Shown: positions 11,536 to 23,490, counted from the first letter of the whole stretch. The stretch is DNA of 63,964 nt, filler included, from Mitosporidium daphniae (GCF_000760515.2; 5 parts of 5 records of this genome joined end to end with filler, not necessarily neighbours in it); one strand, 5' to 3'. Notes: generated from the letters alone by a model not told the origin. Numbers and translations: made by a program.

Positions 11536-11989
11536 CTTGATGTGCTTGGGTTGTTCCCGATCAATATTGATAAACTGCATGGGACGCAAAGTTGTATCGA
11601 GCTTGTGTTAGAATAACCGCATCAATCAGGGAAACTCTCCCATTCGCAATCAATGTTCCAAACCAATGCAAAGCCGCATCTATAGACATCTGAGCCGAGA
11701 CCAGCACGTATGAGCCGTAAAAAATAACATTGGAGCTAGTCTCCACAAAAGACAAACAGAGCCTATGCGCGATCAAAGCGCCGCGCTTTGCACATTCTCT
11801 TTTGGGACATCATAGTCCGCTTTCGGTTATCTTTTCAGACTTGGATCTGCCTGCAGGGGCCTTTTGCTAACACAAACCCAACACCCCTTATCACAGGCGG
11901 TGGCAGATGCACAATACTTTGCGTTTTTGTGAGAATGCCATCGAAAGAGCCATAACGATGGCAGGCCATTTAATTTTAAATATAAATTC

Positions 11990-12301
11990 ATGAAGGCATC
12001 TTGCAAGCGTTTACTCGAGTGCGGATGGAGAGTATCGCACCTCGGCAACCAACAAAAGACGGCGCCTAGATTTCTTGAAAAGCAATTTACATTCAGTTCG
12101 TTCAACGATGCCTTTTCGTTCATCGCCTCGATTGCAATGCTTGCGGAAAGACGTGACCACCATCCGGATTGGTCAAACTCATACACGAGCGTCACAATCA
12201 AGTGGAACACACACCGCGAAAACGGCGGAGACATAACGGAGACCGATTGGGAAATGGCTGAGGCTACGCAAACAATTTATTACAAATATGCGGCAAAATA
12301 A
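11990..12301 (+). CDS. pterin-4-alpha-carbinolamine dehydratase
   Basis: FTFSSFNDAFSF...AERRDHHPDWSNSYTSVTIKWNTH...ITETD signature. Confidence 0.9.
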   Translation: MKASCKRLLECGWRVSHLGNQQKTAPRFLEKQFTFSSFNDAFSFIASIAMLAERRDHHPDWSNSYTSVTIKWNTHRENGGDITETDWEMAEATQTIYYKYAAK

Positions 12302-12596
12302 ATTGTTTTCTGTGCTTTCTCCTTCTAGCGCGTTTGGTGGGCATGTTTGCCGGATTTTCAGATCGGACTTGCGCTTTGCCAGGAAACGGCAGGTAGTAAT
12401 AATCTGCGGGAAATGGAAAAGCTATAGATGCTTCCCTGATTTTCTGTTCTATGGACACTCTAATGGGCAGGCCGGCTGCATGATCATTGCTCCTGATGCC
12501 TTTGTTAACGGCAAGGACTTTTTTTGAATTCGTGAATAAAAGAACTATTGCGTAAATTAATTAAACTGCCATGGACACCATACCTCCCCCCTGCAT
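12264..12596 (-). CDS. hypothetical small basic protein
   Basis: ATG at 12596 after an AT-rich aaatttaa tract; one GT..AG intron joins to a frame ending ...MPTKRARRRKHRKQFILPHICNKLFA; no homology recognised. Confidence 0.35.
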
Positions 12597-12704
12597 TGGA
12601 TCGTGTAAACTTAAATTTGTTTATTTTAAAAACAATAAATTTAATTTTTATAATACAATGGCTGGGCAATTGATGGCCAAACTTGTAGTTGATGGCCAAC
12701 CCTA

Positions 12705-13743
12705 TTATTCTTCTTCTTCTTCAAAAAGAGACCCTGTGCTCCTATTCAGTCTTTTCTGGAGTCTTCCCGTGGAACCATGTGTTTTCAATGGGGAATTTTC
12801 ATTTAAAGCATAAATCGAGTTTTCGGCAGATTCGGATGAACAAGAGAGGGAACACGCTTTGATTGCCCCTTTTCTATATCGAATGTATAAACAACTGCAA
12901 AAAACCAATAACAAAAGTGCAAAAATAAAAGCCAAAAGACAAGAAAATGCCACGTCATTCCAAGATGTAGGTGCTTCTGTTTTTTCTCCAGAAACACCGG
13001 ATTCGGCCACCAAACTATCGAGCCTTTGGATGAAAAATAGAGTCTCCGAATATTTTCCAAGCGTATTGTACAGTGCAACGAGCTCCACGCGAGAAAGAGA
13101 ACATTTGGTGATATCTTCCGGATACGAAAATAGGATCTTTAAGGCTGTTCCCAATCCAATGATTTGGATTTTGCCCCAAAGACGGCACCGTTGGCACCCA
13201 ACACAATCCAAAATCCGCGATATATTCTGAAAATGGTCCCTGAGCGATTGCTTCAAAAGAAGGGCATCTGGATTGCTTTTTGTGTTAAATAGCAATTTTT
13301 CATTGAAAAGGTTTGGGCATTTCAACGAAAGCTTTGAGATCTTCTGGAAGATATCTTTAGTCTTTTGCTCATCATCAGGTGACTCCTTCAGTCGAAAATC
13401 GTAATTGGAGTGAATAATTGGGCTGATTTTTTGGATAGCTCTGAACAACACCACAAAAGTTAGGAAAAAATTTGCTTTTCTTTCGGGATATAATCCCACT
13501 CGATGCTGGTACTCAAAAATGTTCGGCTCAAATAGCCCGGAGCTTTCGTTAAAATACTTGTACGACAAGTGCGTCGAAACGGAGGTGTGCATGCCTACAA
13601 TAAGATGGCTAGAAATTACCAGAAATCACTCTGTAAAATAATGTCCTCTCCAAGCAGACATCTGGTGGGGGAGGTTCAAAGACATTATCCAACCCGCCGA
13701 GGTTTGGAGCGGATGAGAAATTGGACCCTATCGGCTCCCCTTT
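12705..13743 (-). CDS. ERO1: ER oxidoreductin Ero1 (3' part, truncated by gap)
   Basis: FYRVISGMHTS across a short intron, F.NISRILDCVGCQRCRLWGKIQ..GLGTALKILF; C-terminal hydrophobic segment. Confidence 0.93.
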
Positions 13744-13843
13744 NNNNNNNNNNNNNNNNNNNNNNNNNNNNNNNNNNNNNNNNNNNNTTAATTAATTAAN
13801 NNNNNNNNNNNNNNNNNNNNNNNNNNNNNNNNNNNNNNNNNNN
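13744..13843. other. artificial contig linker (N44-TTAATTAATTAA-N44)
   Basis: Identical 100-nt linker with six-frame stops also at 27395-27494, 40893-40992 and 54278-54377. Confidence 0.98.
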
Positions 13844-13883
13844 AAGATGAGGTAGAATCAGGTAATGATGGATATTCAGAAGA

Positions 13884-13975
13884 TGAAGTTTCAGAAAGTG
13901 AAGTTTCAGAAAGTGAAGTTTCAGAAAGTGAAGTTTCAAAAGGTGAAGTTTCAAAAGGTGAAGTTTCAAAAGATG
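13884..13975 (+). repeat. 15-bp tandem repeat (tgaagtttcagaaag / tgaagtttcaaaagg), about 6 copies, encoding acidic EVSES/EVSKG repeats of a gap-truncated protein
   Basis: Seen directly; frame reads EDEVESGNDGYSEDEVSESEVSESEVSESEVSKGEVSKGEVSKDGG. Confidence 0.85.
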
Positions 13976-14408
13976 GAGGTTCAAAAAAGATTATTCATCC
14001 ATCAGGTATTTGATCTACCTTTCAATAAAACTTTCATTGCTAGTACTAGTTGCGTTATAGGATAAAAGATAATTCTAGCGATTTAAATAAGTCCTGAGCA
14101 TGCCGCAGGATTTAGACGAGAATCTAGGAACGGATGGTCGATCACCATTTTTGCCCAAATACTGGCTGCATCACAATGATGGCTGTCTTTTCCACAGGAG
14201 ATGGTGGAAAAGAATGCCCCTGAAAAGTCATTGGGACCAGCTTGTTTTGGAGCCTGGCCCTCCACGTTCAGGTGCAAGGAATTCGAAGGCACATGCATTT
14301 GCGATGATCAATCATGAGAAAAAGCCACTAAACTATGCTCTGGAAGCGACGGAATATGCTGCTTGTTTGGAAAATTTCATATGGATCATCACTTTGCTGT
14401 TAAATAAT

Positions 14409-16010
14409 TTATTGGATAGCCAAAAACCCCCAGTACTTGTCCAATTCTTCCTCAAGCCCATGGGTATATCCAGAAGCCTTTAAGACTTCATCGAGAGGGG
14501 ATTGACCTGTTTCTTCTAATTCCTTGATTATCATTGAAAGATAGGGGGGAAACTCGCGATCTTCAGCTAGTGATTCGACGGACTCTGAATCGGAAGACGA
14601 TCCTAAAAGACTCGAAGTGCATGATCCGGTCCTGGGGGAATCGTAACCAGAATCATAGTCGATATCATCATTTTCGGAGACACACGAGCCACTAGAGCCA
14701 AAATCTCTAGCATCAGGCTCGCCGCTGTCAGGGTTGGAATCAAAGGCAGCAAAGCAGCCCTCAGAAATCCGACACTCTTCGTGATTGTCTTCGGCGAGTT
14801 TATTTTCAGCATGGCCTTTATGTGGAGAACCGAAAGTGTGCTTTGATTCTTGGGAGTCTTCTCCTCGTATATCATCTGCTTTCAGCTCATCTGAAGATTC
14901 AAGGGAACAAAGGGAGGAGGGTGCCACTGTTTTTGACACATTACCTTGGCATGTAAAGTCCAGATCAACGGTTGGAAAGTTTCTTTTAAACCATTTCCTA
15001 ATGCAGCTTATGTCCCTTTCATAAAATCTAGAATAAATCATCTGAACTTTACTCTGCAGCGTTCCGATGCTTGATTGAGACCATTTGGGGGAAATCGATA
15101 AGAACAGGCGATTCGTCGCGATTTCTGACGAGAACATTAAACTCGTTAAAGTCCCCATGGACCAGCCCCAATCGTGCAATGGCCACAATCATTGAAACAA
15201 GCTCGTGATAAAGTCTCTGTGGATCCAATAGATGCGTAACTTGGTTTAAAGGAAGTCCATCGATTCTTTCCATTACAATTGCATGTCTGTTGTGATCAAC
15301 GGGAATGGGCACTGAAAAGCCAAGCTGATAAAGGGCCTAAAATAGTGAATTTTGCACCACAAAACCTTTAAGAATGCCCACTCTTTTGCAGCTGCAAGCA
15401 TGGAAAGATGCATCCATGAAGATGCATTTGCCCCCTTTCCGAGATGGTAGTCTCGTTTGGTTCGAACTGAGCGAAAAGACGTTCGCCCCAGACGATGAAA
15501 CTTGACAACAATTGCTTTTGGAAAGGCCCCGTCAGTGGGCGATAGACGTTCGCCAACATGAATATCGGCCTCTTTTCCAACACCAAGTCGTGAGTTTGAG
15601 ATGCAAGAAAGAGAATTCTTTTGCTTGAAAAAATGCAGAGCTAAATAGTCCAAGCCTCCAAATCCCAAAATGTATCCCAAGGTTCCAAGAGGGATCCCTT
15701 TTCGACCCCTTCTTCTGTGTTGAGAAGAGGCCAGATCTTTATTGGTATCAATGCAGCTACTAGTTGACCCGGTCATGTTGCAGTTTTCTTGAGACGCACC
15801 ACCATGTTGAACTTCGCCCTCTCTTCTTAAAAGTTTAAACCGCATAAGAAGCGCACAAGCTTGGTCAATAGAGACGGGATCCAATTTTGTCCGCTTAGAA
15901 ATCAATTTAATCGGCACAATTTCATGCGTTTTTGATTCACTTTCAATGGCATATAAGATACGCCAGTCGGATTTGGAGAGAAATCCAAAGTTACAAGTGT
16001 CTAATCTCAT
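14409..16010 (-). CDS. RIO2: atypical kinase Rio2
   Basis: DWRILYAIE..SKTHEIVP, GLDYLAL, GVGKEADI, KFHRLGRTSFR, HGDFNEFN, IDFPQMVS; two short introns; acidic tail. Confidence 0.95.
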
Positions 16011-16044
16011 AAAAAAATTGGGGGTTTTTTTATTAAATTTGGCC

Positions 16045-17682
16045 ATGTTCCTGAAAACCATTTCAAAGATCCTTGGAGCCCAATTGCTTGACGATTTGAT
16101 CGCACATCCTGCGTTTTCGCTTGCAATTTTTAGGTTTTGTTCTGTTTTTACCCATAGATCGCTTCCTATGGAGGCCCAGCTCGTTGTTTCCAAACTGCTA
16201 TTTATGGATTCTCATATAGGGCTGAAGGATATTTATGAGCTAGTCTTTACACCGGACATGCCCTCCAGGTTTGCAATAAAAGCTTTACTGTATCAACAGC
16301 ACCTCAAATTCTACGCTTGCTACGTTGAAGGCATTCAAGTTGCTTCAGGGACTGGAGTCCAAAGTTTGGCTCAACCCGATGTTTTCAACTTGTCTAAGGG
16401 ACTCATTTTGCAATCTTGTGATTCCATCCAGCGCAAATAGGGTCTTCTTAAAAAGACCAACACATCCCGATGCATATCGACTGGATAAATCCTCGATTCT
16501 GACATACCAGACAAACACCTACAATGTATGCGGTTCTTATAGTAATTTTCGAGAAAATCCTGTCGATTTTGGTATCCTGCGAAGCGGCCCCGCTGGAAAC
16601 GCCATCGAAAACAAGTAAATCTAGCATTCCTACTTGTAGAAATTAAAATTTCGCAAAAGGATGCCTTTATGAGGCAATTGCTTATTTCGTCCGGATGTTT
16701 GCTGAACTCGACCGCTATAACTGCAACCGGATTTCAGTTTGTCCTTGAAAGCATCCAGTATCAACTCTGGACCCTTCTCTCTTCATATTTGCTGAAAATG
16801 GTATCATTCTTCGCTTAAATATAGTCCATGGAACAGCTGAAGGAATTTTGGCTGTTGATCGCATTGCTTGCATGGACCGAACCGTTTCTCGTACGTTTCC
16901 AGATGCTTTCTATTTTGTAGGACTATTCAGCTGAATGTTTGACCGACTTTCAAAATACCTGCATTTCGGATTTAAAGTACTTGGGAATCATCTGTCCGCC
17001 GGCGGTTAGTTGAAACCAATTTGAATACTTTCAATAGGGCGGTCAGGTAGATCGGTTTTATATAACACCGTTTTGCAGGCTACTTTTTGACAAAGAATCG
17101 TGTCCAGAGCATGAGCCTCGCCCCTTTGGTGACAACTTTCACTCTCCATCTGCCTCAGGTGGCTTTTTAATCATCGAAACCAATTACCGGGTGTACGCAA
17201 TGACCAATAGCAGCCTTCATATTTCCATACTGTCGCTGTTTGTTACCCTGAAGAATCATTTTCCCGGAATGGCTACCGGGGTGTTATCTCGCGAATCGTT
17301 ACAAAGCGCATTTGAACGGGGTTTAACATCCACCCAAATTTTATCTTTCTTCCGTTCAGTTGCTCACCCATCGCAAATTAAGGTGGCCATTGAAAATAAT
17401 TGGCCCACTCCGGTCCCACCAACGATCGAAGATCAGCTAAATCTATGGGAGCAGGAAAGATATAGGCTTGTCGCAACTCCGGCCGTCCTTTACACCGGCT
17501 TCAATACCAGTCTAGAATACGAGCAATTTGTCTCGAAAGCCGAATCTTTAAATTCTTTGCTTGCTTGTAGCTATCCGCTTGACAAAGACACCCCGAAATC
17601 AAACTTTGCTTCTCTGCAAAGGAAGCTGATGGTAATTTCAGAAGAGGGACATCAGAAGCTTCGGCAGGGTCTTGCCCGCTAA
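16045..17682 (+). CDS. TFB2: TFIIH subunit Tfb2/p52
   Basis: ITATGFQFVL..IQYQLW, GFLIIETNYRVYAMT, GLTSTQILSF, PPTIEDQLNLWEQE; seven introns of 24-33 nt reconstructed. Confidence 0.93.
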
Positions 17683-17700
17683 TGCATTTTGTGTAAATAT

Positions 17701-19645
17701 TTAATTGGTTAGAAATTCTACCACGGCGCTGCCATGTGCATCGTGGCTAATTAAGCTTTTTTGGTGAATTGCTCTTTCTGGATTTTGAATATTTCTACCA
17801 AGTGTTTGACAATAAAAATTAACCTTGTGGATAACCTTAGAGGGCTCTGGACTTGCTTTTGCTACAAATGAGGATCCCGTATGGTGGGCATCAACAAATG
17901 GATGGTCTGATAGCTCATTTAGCGAAGATTCCAAGCTCTCAAATATTTCCATTGATTTGCTTTTTTTCAGCGAACTTGGAGATATCTCATGCTTCCTTTG
18001 GATATCTGTTTTTTGCTTGAGATCACTTTCAAGCCTGTCTATGATGGCCAAGTATCCATTTTTCTCCGCCAAAAAGTCAATCTATGCGTTAAAAGGCATC
18101 GTTGGCACTTGGTTCTTTTTGATTATCTCGGAAATTTTCGAAGCCTGTTGAGATTCACGAGCCTATAGATGTTTATTACCGGGCCCAACATAACCTTTAC
18201 CGATTCATTCTCCGCCGATAAAGACAAAATCTCACTACAATGACATGATTTTATGGGTTGGAAAACCTTTTGAAGATTTTGATTTCGCCTCTGAGCGCCT
18301 CAATTACTTTCACATCGGCCATGTATTGACGATCCAAAGAATTATATCTATCCTGCCTTGTTAAAGGGAGGATCGATACCTCCGACTGAATCTCGCTGGC
18401 TTTGAAGTTTTCTATTTCCAATGCCAATTGCCTCTTGGCGAATAGTAAGAACGTAAATAATGAATACATTTTGATGGGTCTCTTTTTGAAGATCAATGGC
18501 CTGCTTTTCAGCTTTGCATTGAAGATGGCCGATTTCTGCATCTAGTCTAATTTCGTTTGCCTCGGGAACGGAAATACCTTTCCAGCATGTGGTCTTTTTC
18601 GTTGGATAAATCCAGGGTTGAACTACATCTGTCTTCAAGATTGGATAATGCCTCCTCAAAGAGGCGTTTTTGTTCATTTAGCCTTTTTTCATGCTCGCTA
18701 ACGGCCAATGCTTGCGACCGGGCATTTGATTCTAAGAAAGAGGCACTCGGATACCTATTTCGATTGCAAGTTTTTGCTCAATTTCGCAGATTCCTTGCTT
18801 ATATTTTTCCGCCTCGCCATCAAGGGTTTTTATTTGCGCAGATTTCGCCTCAATTGTCTCTTGTAGCGTGCAAGACTTGAGCTCGAGAGAATTTTCTAAA
18901 CAGATGACACCCACAAGTAGTACTTGAATGCGTCAATTTTTCAATCTCATCACTCAATTGGGACACATTTTTCCGTAACCTTGCAGCTTCTAAGCAAGGT
19001 TAACAAGATCGACTAACCCTCGATATATCCGTTGTTTTCAACGAGGGTGGCATTGGCAAATTCGGTGACCTGTTTCTCCATCAAATTAAGCTCGTCCATA
19101 TTTTTCTGGTAGGAAGAGTCCTTTTTTAGCAGCATCTCGACTCTACTGTTAAACATTGCTTTACCGCTGCGTTAGTGTAAGAATTTCGGAGGAGGAGTTT
19201 ATCATTTGTCCTTCCAATTCGGAAATGCCATTCAAGGTGCTCAATACATTTTCACAGACGCTATTTAGCGACCTTTCAGAGGTTTCCATCGAACTTTTCT
19301 ACAACTTTGTGAGCCAAACTTCAGTACATGAAAAAGCGCTTCATTCTGCACAGTTGTGCAGAATTTTAGAACATACCCAAGAATGGAGTACATGGTTTCT
19401 ATCTTTGCATGGATATCGGAGGCTGGGTTATATTCTATGCCAGAAGATACCATAGACGTTGTGTGTTTTGAGGCTTCCAAATCTTGATTGCTTGATGCAT
19501 CTGTGGTTCTGATTGCATGCGGCAGGGAACCCGGCCTTATTATTGGAGATGCAAATGACGAGATGGAGAAGATCGGTCTTTTACGTTGTTGGAATTCGTT
19601 CATGTAAAAAGTAGGCTTTTCCCAAATACTTTTTTGTGCTTGCAT
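17701..19645 (-). CDS. multi-exon coiled-coil protein of unknown function
   Basis: Chain of E/K/L-rich minus-strand frames (17701-18072, 18348-18677, 18732-18914, 19265-19645); exon boundaries and start approximate. Confidence 0.6.
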
Positions 19646-19800
19646 GAAACCAAGTGCAAATGCATTCAAACTTGCTGGACTCTCATTGCAGTAGGTTCCC
19701 AAATTAAATTGAAATAAACTAATTTGAATCGAAATAAAAACTTGAATCGAAATAAAAACTTGAATCAAATTGAATTAGCTTGAATCGAATTACATCCAAA

Positions 19801-20225
19801 ATGTCTTCAACTAGCATCCACAATTCCCAAGGAATCCAGATACTGCTAGAGGCTGAAAAAGAGGCTAAAAAGATCATTGCCGACGGCAGAGAATGTAGGA
19901 TCCGCATCTGCTTATATCCACTAGACAGAACCCGCCGACTTAAGGAAGCAAAAACCGAGGCCATGCAAGAAATTCTTGCCCTCAAGGAGGCCAAGAAGCA
20001 AGAAATCATAGAAGCGGAACAGAAGGTTTTTTTTGCCACTAATTTTAGTATTCCTCAATGCTTCGCGATACAATCTCAAGGGAAGAGATCATTTCCGCCC
20101 AACTGATTGCCGAGACAACACAAAACTTTGCATCAAAACGCGAATCGGTGATCGAAATGCTTCTCAGTGCGGTGGAAAATGTTTCCGACCTGCAACCCCA
20201 TGTTAACTGGTCCTCTAGACATTAA
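19801..20225 (+). CDS. VMA10: V-ATPase subunit G
   Basis: SQGIQILLEAEKEAKKII..GREYRTRRLKEAKTEA; introns 19895-19924 and 20026-20048. Confidence 0.93.
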
Positions 20226-20252
20226 ACACTTGAGCTAAAATATTTATGTAAA

Positions 20253-21368
20253 TTAGGATGCTTTTGGAAACGAGTAGTTTTCCAGGGCATTTTGAGACTT
20301 TTTCCTTTGCATGCTGGAAGGAATCGACTCGACCGCTTGTTTGGAAAAGCCGGTTTTTTTATCAACGGCCTCTGAAATGGCAGAAAAAATCATATCTGCT
20401 TTGTATTGCTGCTTCAGCATTTCTTCGACTGGCACGTTGAAGGATGTTGGATTTTCAATAGCCTCTTGGATCTTTGCATCCACGTTTTCTGGAGTGATAA
20501 ATTCGGACGAAAACACCGACAACGTTTCGATGTGCTTCTTTTTTGTCATCAAGTGTTCCAGCAATTTGGGGATGCCCCTCGAGGCCTTCACCAATTCGGT
20601 GGCATTTGGGGCAAGGGACTCTACGATTTTCGAATACTTTTTCGCCGCTGGCCCTTCTGTTGATCTCACCCTATCACTTGCATCTGGAAGCATTTCCTTT
20701 TCCCACCAAGCCGAGTTGGAGATCAATTGATCCCGCGCCGCTTCAAGCCCTTTGAGTACAGAATCTGGGCTTTTAAGTGAAACCTGAAAAGGCGGTGGAA
20801 AAACGGGGCGTCCCCTGACCAAGCGTTTTTTGAAGAACTTTCGTAACTTGCTTCTCAAAAGCGACCGTGAAAATCCGCTTTGTTGGCGAATAATTTCACG
20901 AGACTCCAGTCGTGCCTCATATTCTCTTCTAAATGCAGAAATCTTTGAGGTGCATTTTGAGATGTATTTCATTGCGTGCTTTTTCTGAGCAAGCGTGTCG
21001 GAAAGAAACGAAGGTCTAAACTTTACGGGAGACACCACCGTTCGGGGCTTTGTCTCAAGCTGCTTGCCTTGTGAGACAGGGTCATGTTGCAAGGGAGAAT
21101 TTGGAGGGATCTCTAAATTTGGGTCCCCAGCGGTGATTGTATGCTTCGGTGTTATCTTTTGGACATCCTTGTCCTTATCTGGGCGCTCTTGCGAGTAAAT
21201 TGGAAAGGAAACTTCCAGCTCCTCAGCATGCATGCTATTCGCAGCGTTTTTGGGATCAATTTTTTTTTGCAGAGTTTCAGAAGGCTGTTGCTTTTCCCTT
21301 GTAGGGAAAAGCAAACTACGTAGCTTGGCCAGCAGGGAATACGGACGGAATCGATTGGTTACTCTCAT
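20253..21368 (-). CDS. probable mitochondrial protein with mS26/MRPS26-like C-terminal motif
   Basis: Arg/Leu/Ser-rich N-terminus MRVTNRFRPYSLLAKLRSLL; FITPENVDAKIQEAIENPTSFN resembles the MRPS26 C-terminal motif as I recall it. Confidence 0.55.
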   Translation of the reverse strand: MRVTNRFRPYSLLAKLRSLLFPTREKQQPSETLQKKIDPKNAANSMHAEELEVSFPIYSQERPDKDKDVQKITPKHTITAGDPNLEIPPNSPLQHDPVSQGKQLETKPRTVVSPVKFRPSFLSDTLAQKKHAMKYISKCTSKISAFRREYEARLESREIIRQQSGFSRSLLRSKLRKFFKKRLVRGRPVFPPPFQVSLKSPDSVLKGLEAARDQLISNSAWWEKEMLPDASDRVRSTEGPAAKKYSKIVESLAPNATELVKASRGIPKLLEHLMTKKKHIETLSVFSSEFITPENVDAKIQEAIENPTSFNVPVEEMLKQQYKADMIFSAISEAVDKKTGFSKQAVESIPSSMQRKKSQNALENYSFPKAS

Positions 21369-21632
21369 TGTCGCCTCCGCAACGGTATTTCCCACAAGCG
21401 GAAAATTTTAAATTCGATTTTAAATGTGTGCATTTGCAAATTTAATAGTCAAGTGATGACTTTGGCATTTGTCCGAGAACCTATTCTCATGAGCGACAAC
21501 TCCAGCTACCTTTAAAAAGTCTGATGCTGATCGAATACAAATACAAATATTTACTGATACAAATACAAATATTTACTCACTCATACAAATGTGTCGTAAT
21601 TGGGCTAGTGGCGCCTGGACGTGCAATTGAGT

Positions 21633-22178
21633 TTACAAGAGGCCCAGCTGAGTCAGCCCCTCCACATATGCCGCCCTTTTGAAGGGAACAATTCCGTCGA
21701 GAGCCTGGGAGGGGGAAACCCATTTGACGTCAATAAACTCGTCGTCTGTAGCTTTGGAGAGGTCCGGTAGGTGTGGCGAATTTAGCAGGCATGCAAACCA
21801 GAATTGCTCCTGGCCTCTGAATAGCTTGAGAAACCGATTCACATTTGAGGGATCAAATTCATAGTAGATGGGCTGACCAAGCATATGTTTGATTTCATAG
21901 TCAGCCGGGTCCAGGCCAAGCTCTTCCTTAATTTCGCGCAAGAGAGCATCCTTCGGGGTGGCATCCGTGGGGAAATCAATACCACCCTGAGGAAATTGCC
22001 AGCCTCGTTTGTCACTCCGCAGGCCAACGAGCACGCGACAATGGGCATCAACAAGGTCGCATTTGTCAAGCAAAGTGTTTTTTGGAATTTTCATGCATCG
22101 CTCGCAATTTGCAATTGTCTTGAAAAAAACGGCAAGCACGTTGGGACGATATGGCAAAGAGGAGGGGGGCGTAGTCAT
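21633..22178 (-). CDS. Nudix hydrolase of the RppH / plant-type Ap4A hydrolase class
   Basis: YRPNV, WQFPQGGID, REIKEELGL, GQEQFWF, EF...KWV, IVPFKR..Y; intronless. Confidence 0.88.
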   Translation of the reverse strand: MTTPPSSLPYRPNVLAVFFKTIANCERCMKIPKNTLLDKCDLVDAHCRVLVGLRSDKRGWQFPQGGIDFPTDATPKDALLREIKEELGLDPADYEIKHMLGQPIYYEFDPSNVNRFLKLFRGQEQFWFACLLNSPHLPDLSKATDDEFIDVKWVSPSQALDGIVPFKRAAYVEGLTQLGLL

Positions 22179-22219
22179 GTTTGTGTTCTTCAAACACAAA
22201 AATTAAATTTCATTCCACA

Positions 22220-23490
22220 ATGCGAAATTCAAAGATCATCGACTATTGCTGCCGCTTCCTGTCAATGTTTCTGATGGTGTATCTGCACGCCTCTGCAATG
22301 GCGTTTATTGTGGTCATTAATAACTGGGCACAGCCGATAGCCAATGTGTTTTACTTTTCCCTGTGCAATTCTGCGATGCTCCTTGTGTACATAAACTATT
22401 ACTTGACCTCGACAGTTGATCCGGGCACCATCCCCAACGACTTTCGGCATGCATCGCTTCCTTTGTGCCGGAGCTGCGGCCGCTCCAAGCCACCGAGGGC
22501 TCACCATTGCTCCACGTGCAATAGATGTGTTCTGGCGATGGATCATCACTGCCCATGGGTGGGCGGCTGCATAGGATATCTCAACTTTCCGTTCTTTCTT
22601 CGCTTTCTTTTCTTTGTTCTTGTCACGTCGGTGATATTTTTTAGCCTGAATTTCAATCTTCTCTGCTGTCTTTCGTATCCATCGTCTTATTCGAATTCAT
22701 TTTCGCCAACCTTTTCCGATTCGCTTTCCCCTAACCCGGTTTGGCCATTTGATCGAAGCAGTTCGAATGCATTTTCGTCTTTATCGTCGTATGCATTACA
22801 GCCAGTGTTGATCAGCCTGATTTTCAAGGAAATATACAAACGACAAATGGTTCTTCTCTCAAATTGCATCATTCTGGCAATTGTTTTCCTCGCCATCTTG
22901 ATTCTGTTTGTGCGCCAGGTATGGCTTCTTGTCTCTGATTTGGGCTTAGATTATCAATTTGGTCAATGGTAGGACATATATTGAAGGGCTGGAACAGGAC
23001 ACACTTTCTGGGTATATTTCGTACATGATACAAGGCCAGGTATGCTATCCTACAAAGCTTCCTCGCTTAGAATTCGCTTGATGCAGACGAAAAGCTTGCC
23101 ATTCTCAGTCTACAGAATTCATCGAAATTTCCATATGACTTGGGTGCTTGGAAAAACATTAGGGCTGTCTTTTCACACACCCGACTTCCCATAGTCGCAG
23201 CTATTTTCTGTTGCCTTTCGCGGCAAGCTGGCGATGGCATACATTTTGAAAACATTTATGGCGCCAGCAAAGAGTTCATAAAATGGCCGCCCATAGTAGA
23301 AGCCAGCTATCTTGATGATGATGATGATGATTACGATGAGGATGATGATGGCAATGAAAGCGAAGATGGTGCAAAAACCGAATGTAACAATCCGATCTGC
23401 GAGAAAAATGGCGATAAATACAGCCAACAAATACGGGACAGAAGGGAGGGCTCCATATCGCCTCTTACATGCAGGGGCTCTTCCATGTGA
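22220..23490 (+). CDS. DHHC palmitoyltransferase (Pfa4-like)
   Basis: C..C...KPPRAHHCSTCNRCVLAMDHHCPW, later FPYDLGAWKNI; two 31-nt introns near 22919 and 23040. Confidence 0.92.

Noticed and set aside
11561..11960. Short minus-strand ORF(s) between OPA3 and PCD
   Set aside because: No ATG-led coherent gene model or recognisable motif
13744..13843. Palindromic TTAATTAATTAA recurring about every 13.5 kb
   Set aside because: Artificial linker. The flanking contigs are at least 13743, then 13551, 13398 and 13285 nt, i.e. sorted by size, so neither the periodicity nor synteny across gaps is biological.
13884..13975. Possible CRISPR-like array
   Set aside because: Direct tandem repeats without spacers, in a eukaryotic context
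13796..14065. ORFs of KLHFL or FQKVK repeats
   Set aside because: Shadow frames of the 15-bp repeat; the acidic frame is the more plausible coding one
21535..21577. 22-bp tandem duplication atacaaatacaaatatttact
   Set aside because: Simple local duplication in an intergenic/3' region with no further support
23312..23350. Poly-Met ORF
   Set aside because: Alternative frame of a (GAT)n poly-Asp tract in the DHHC tail
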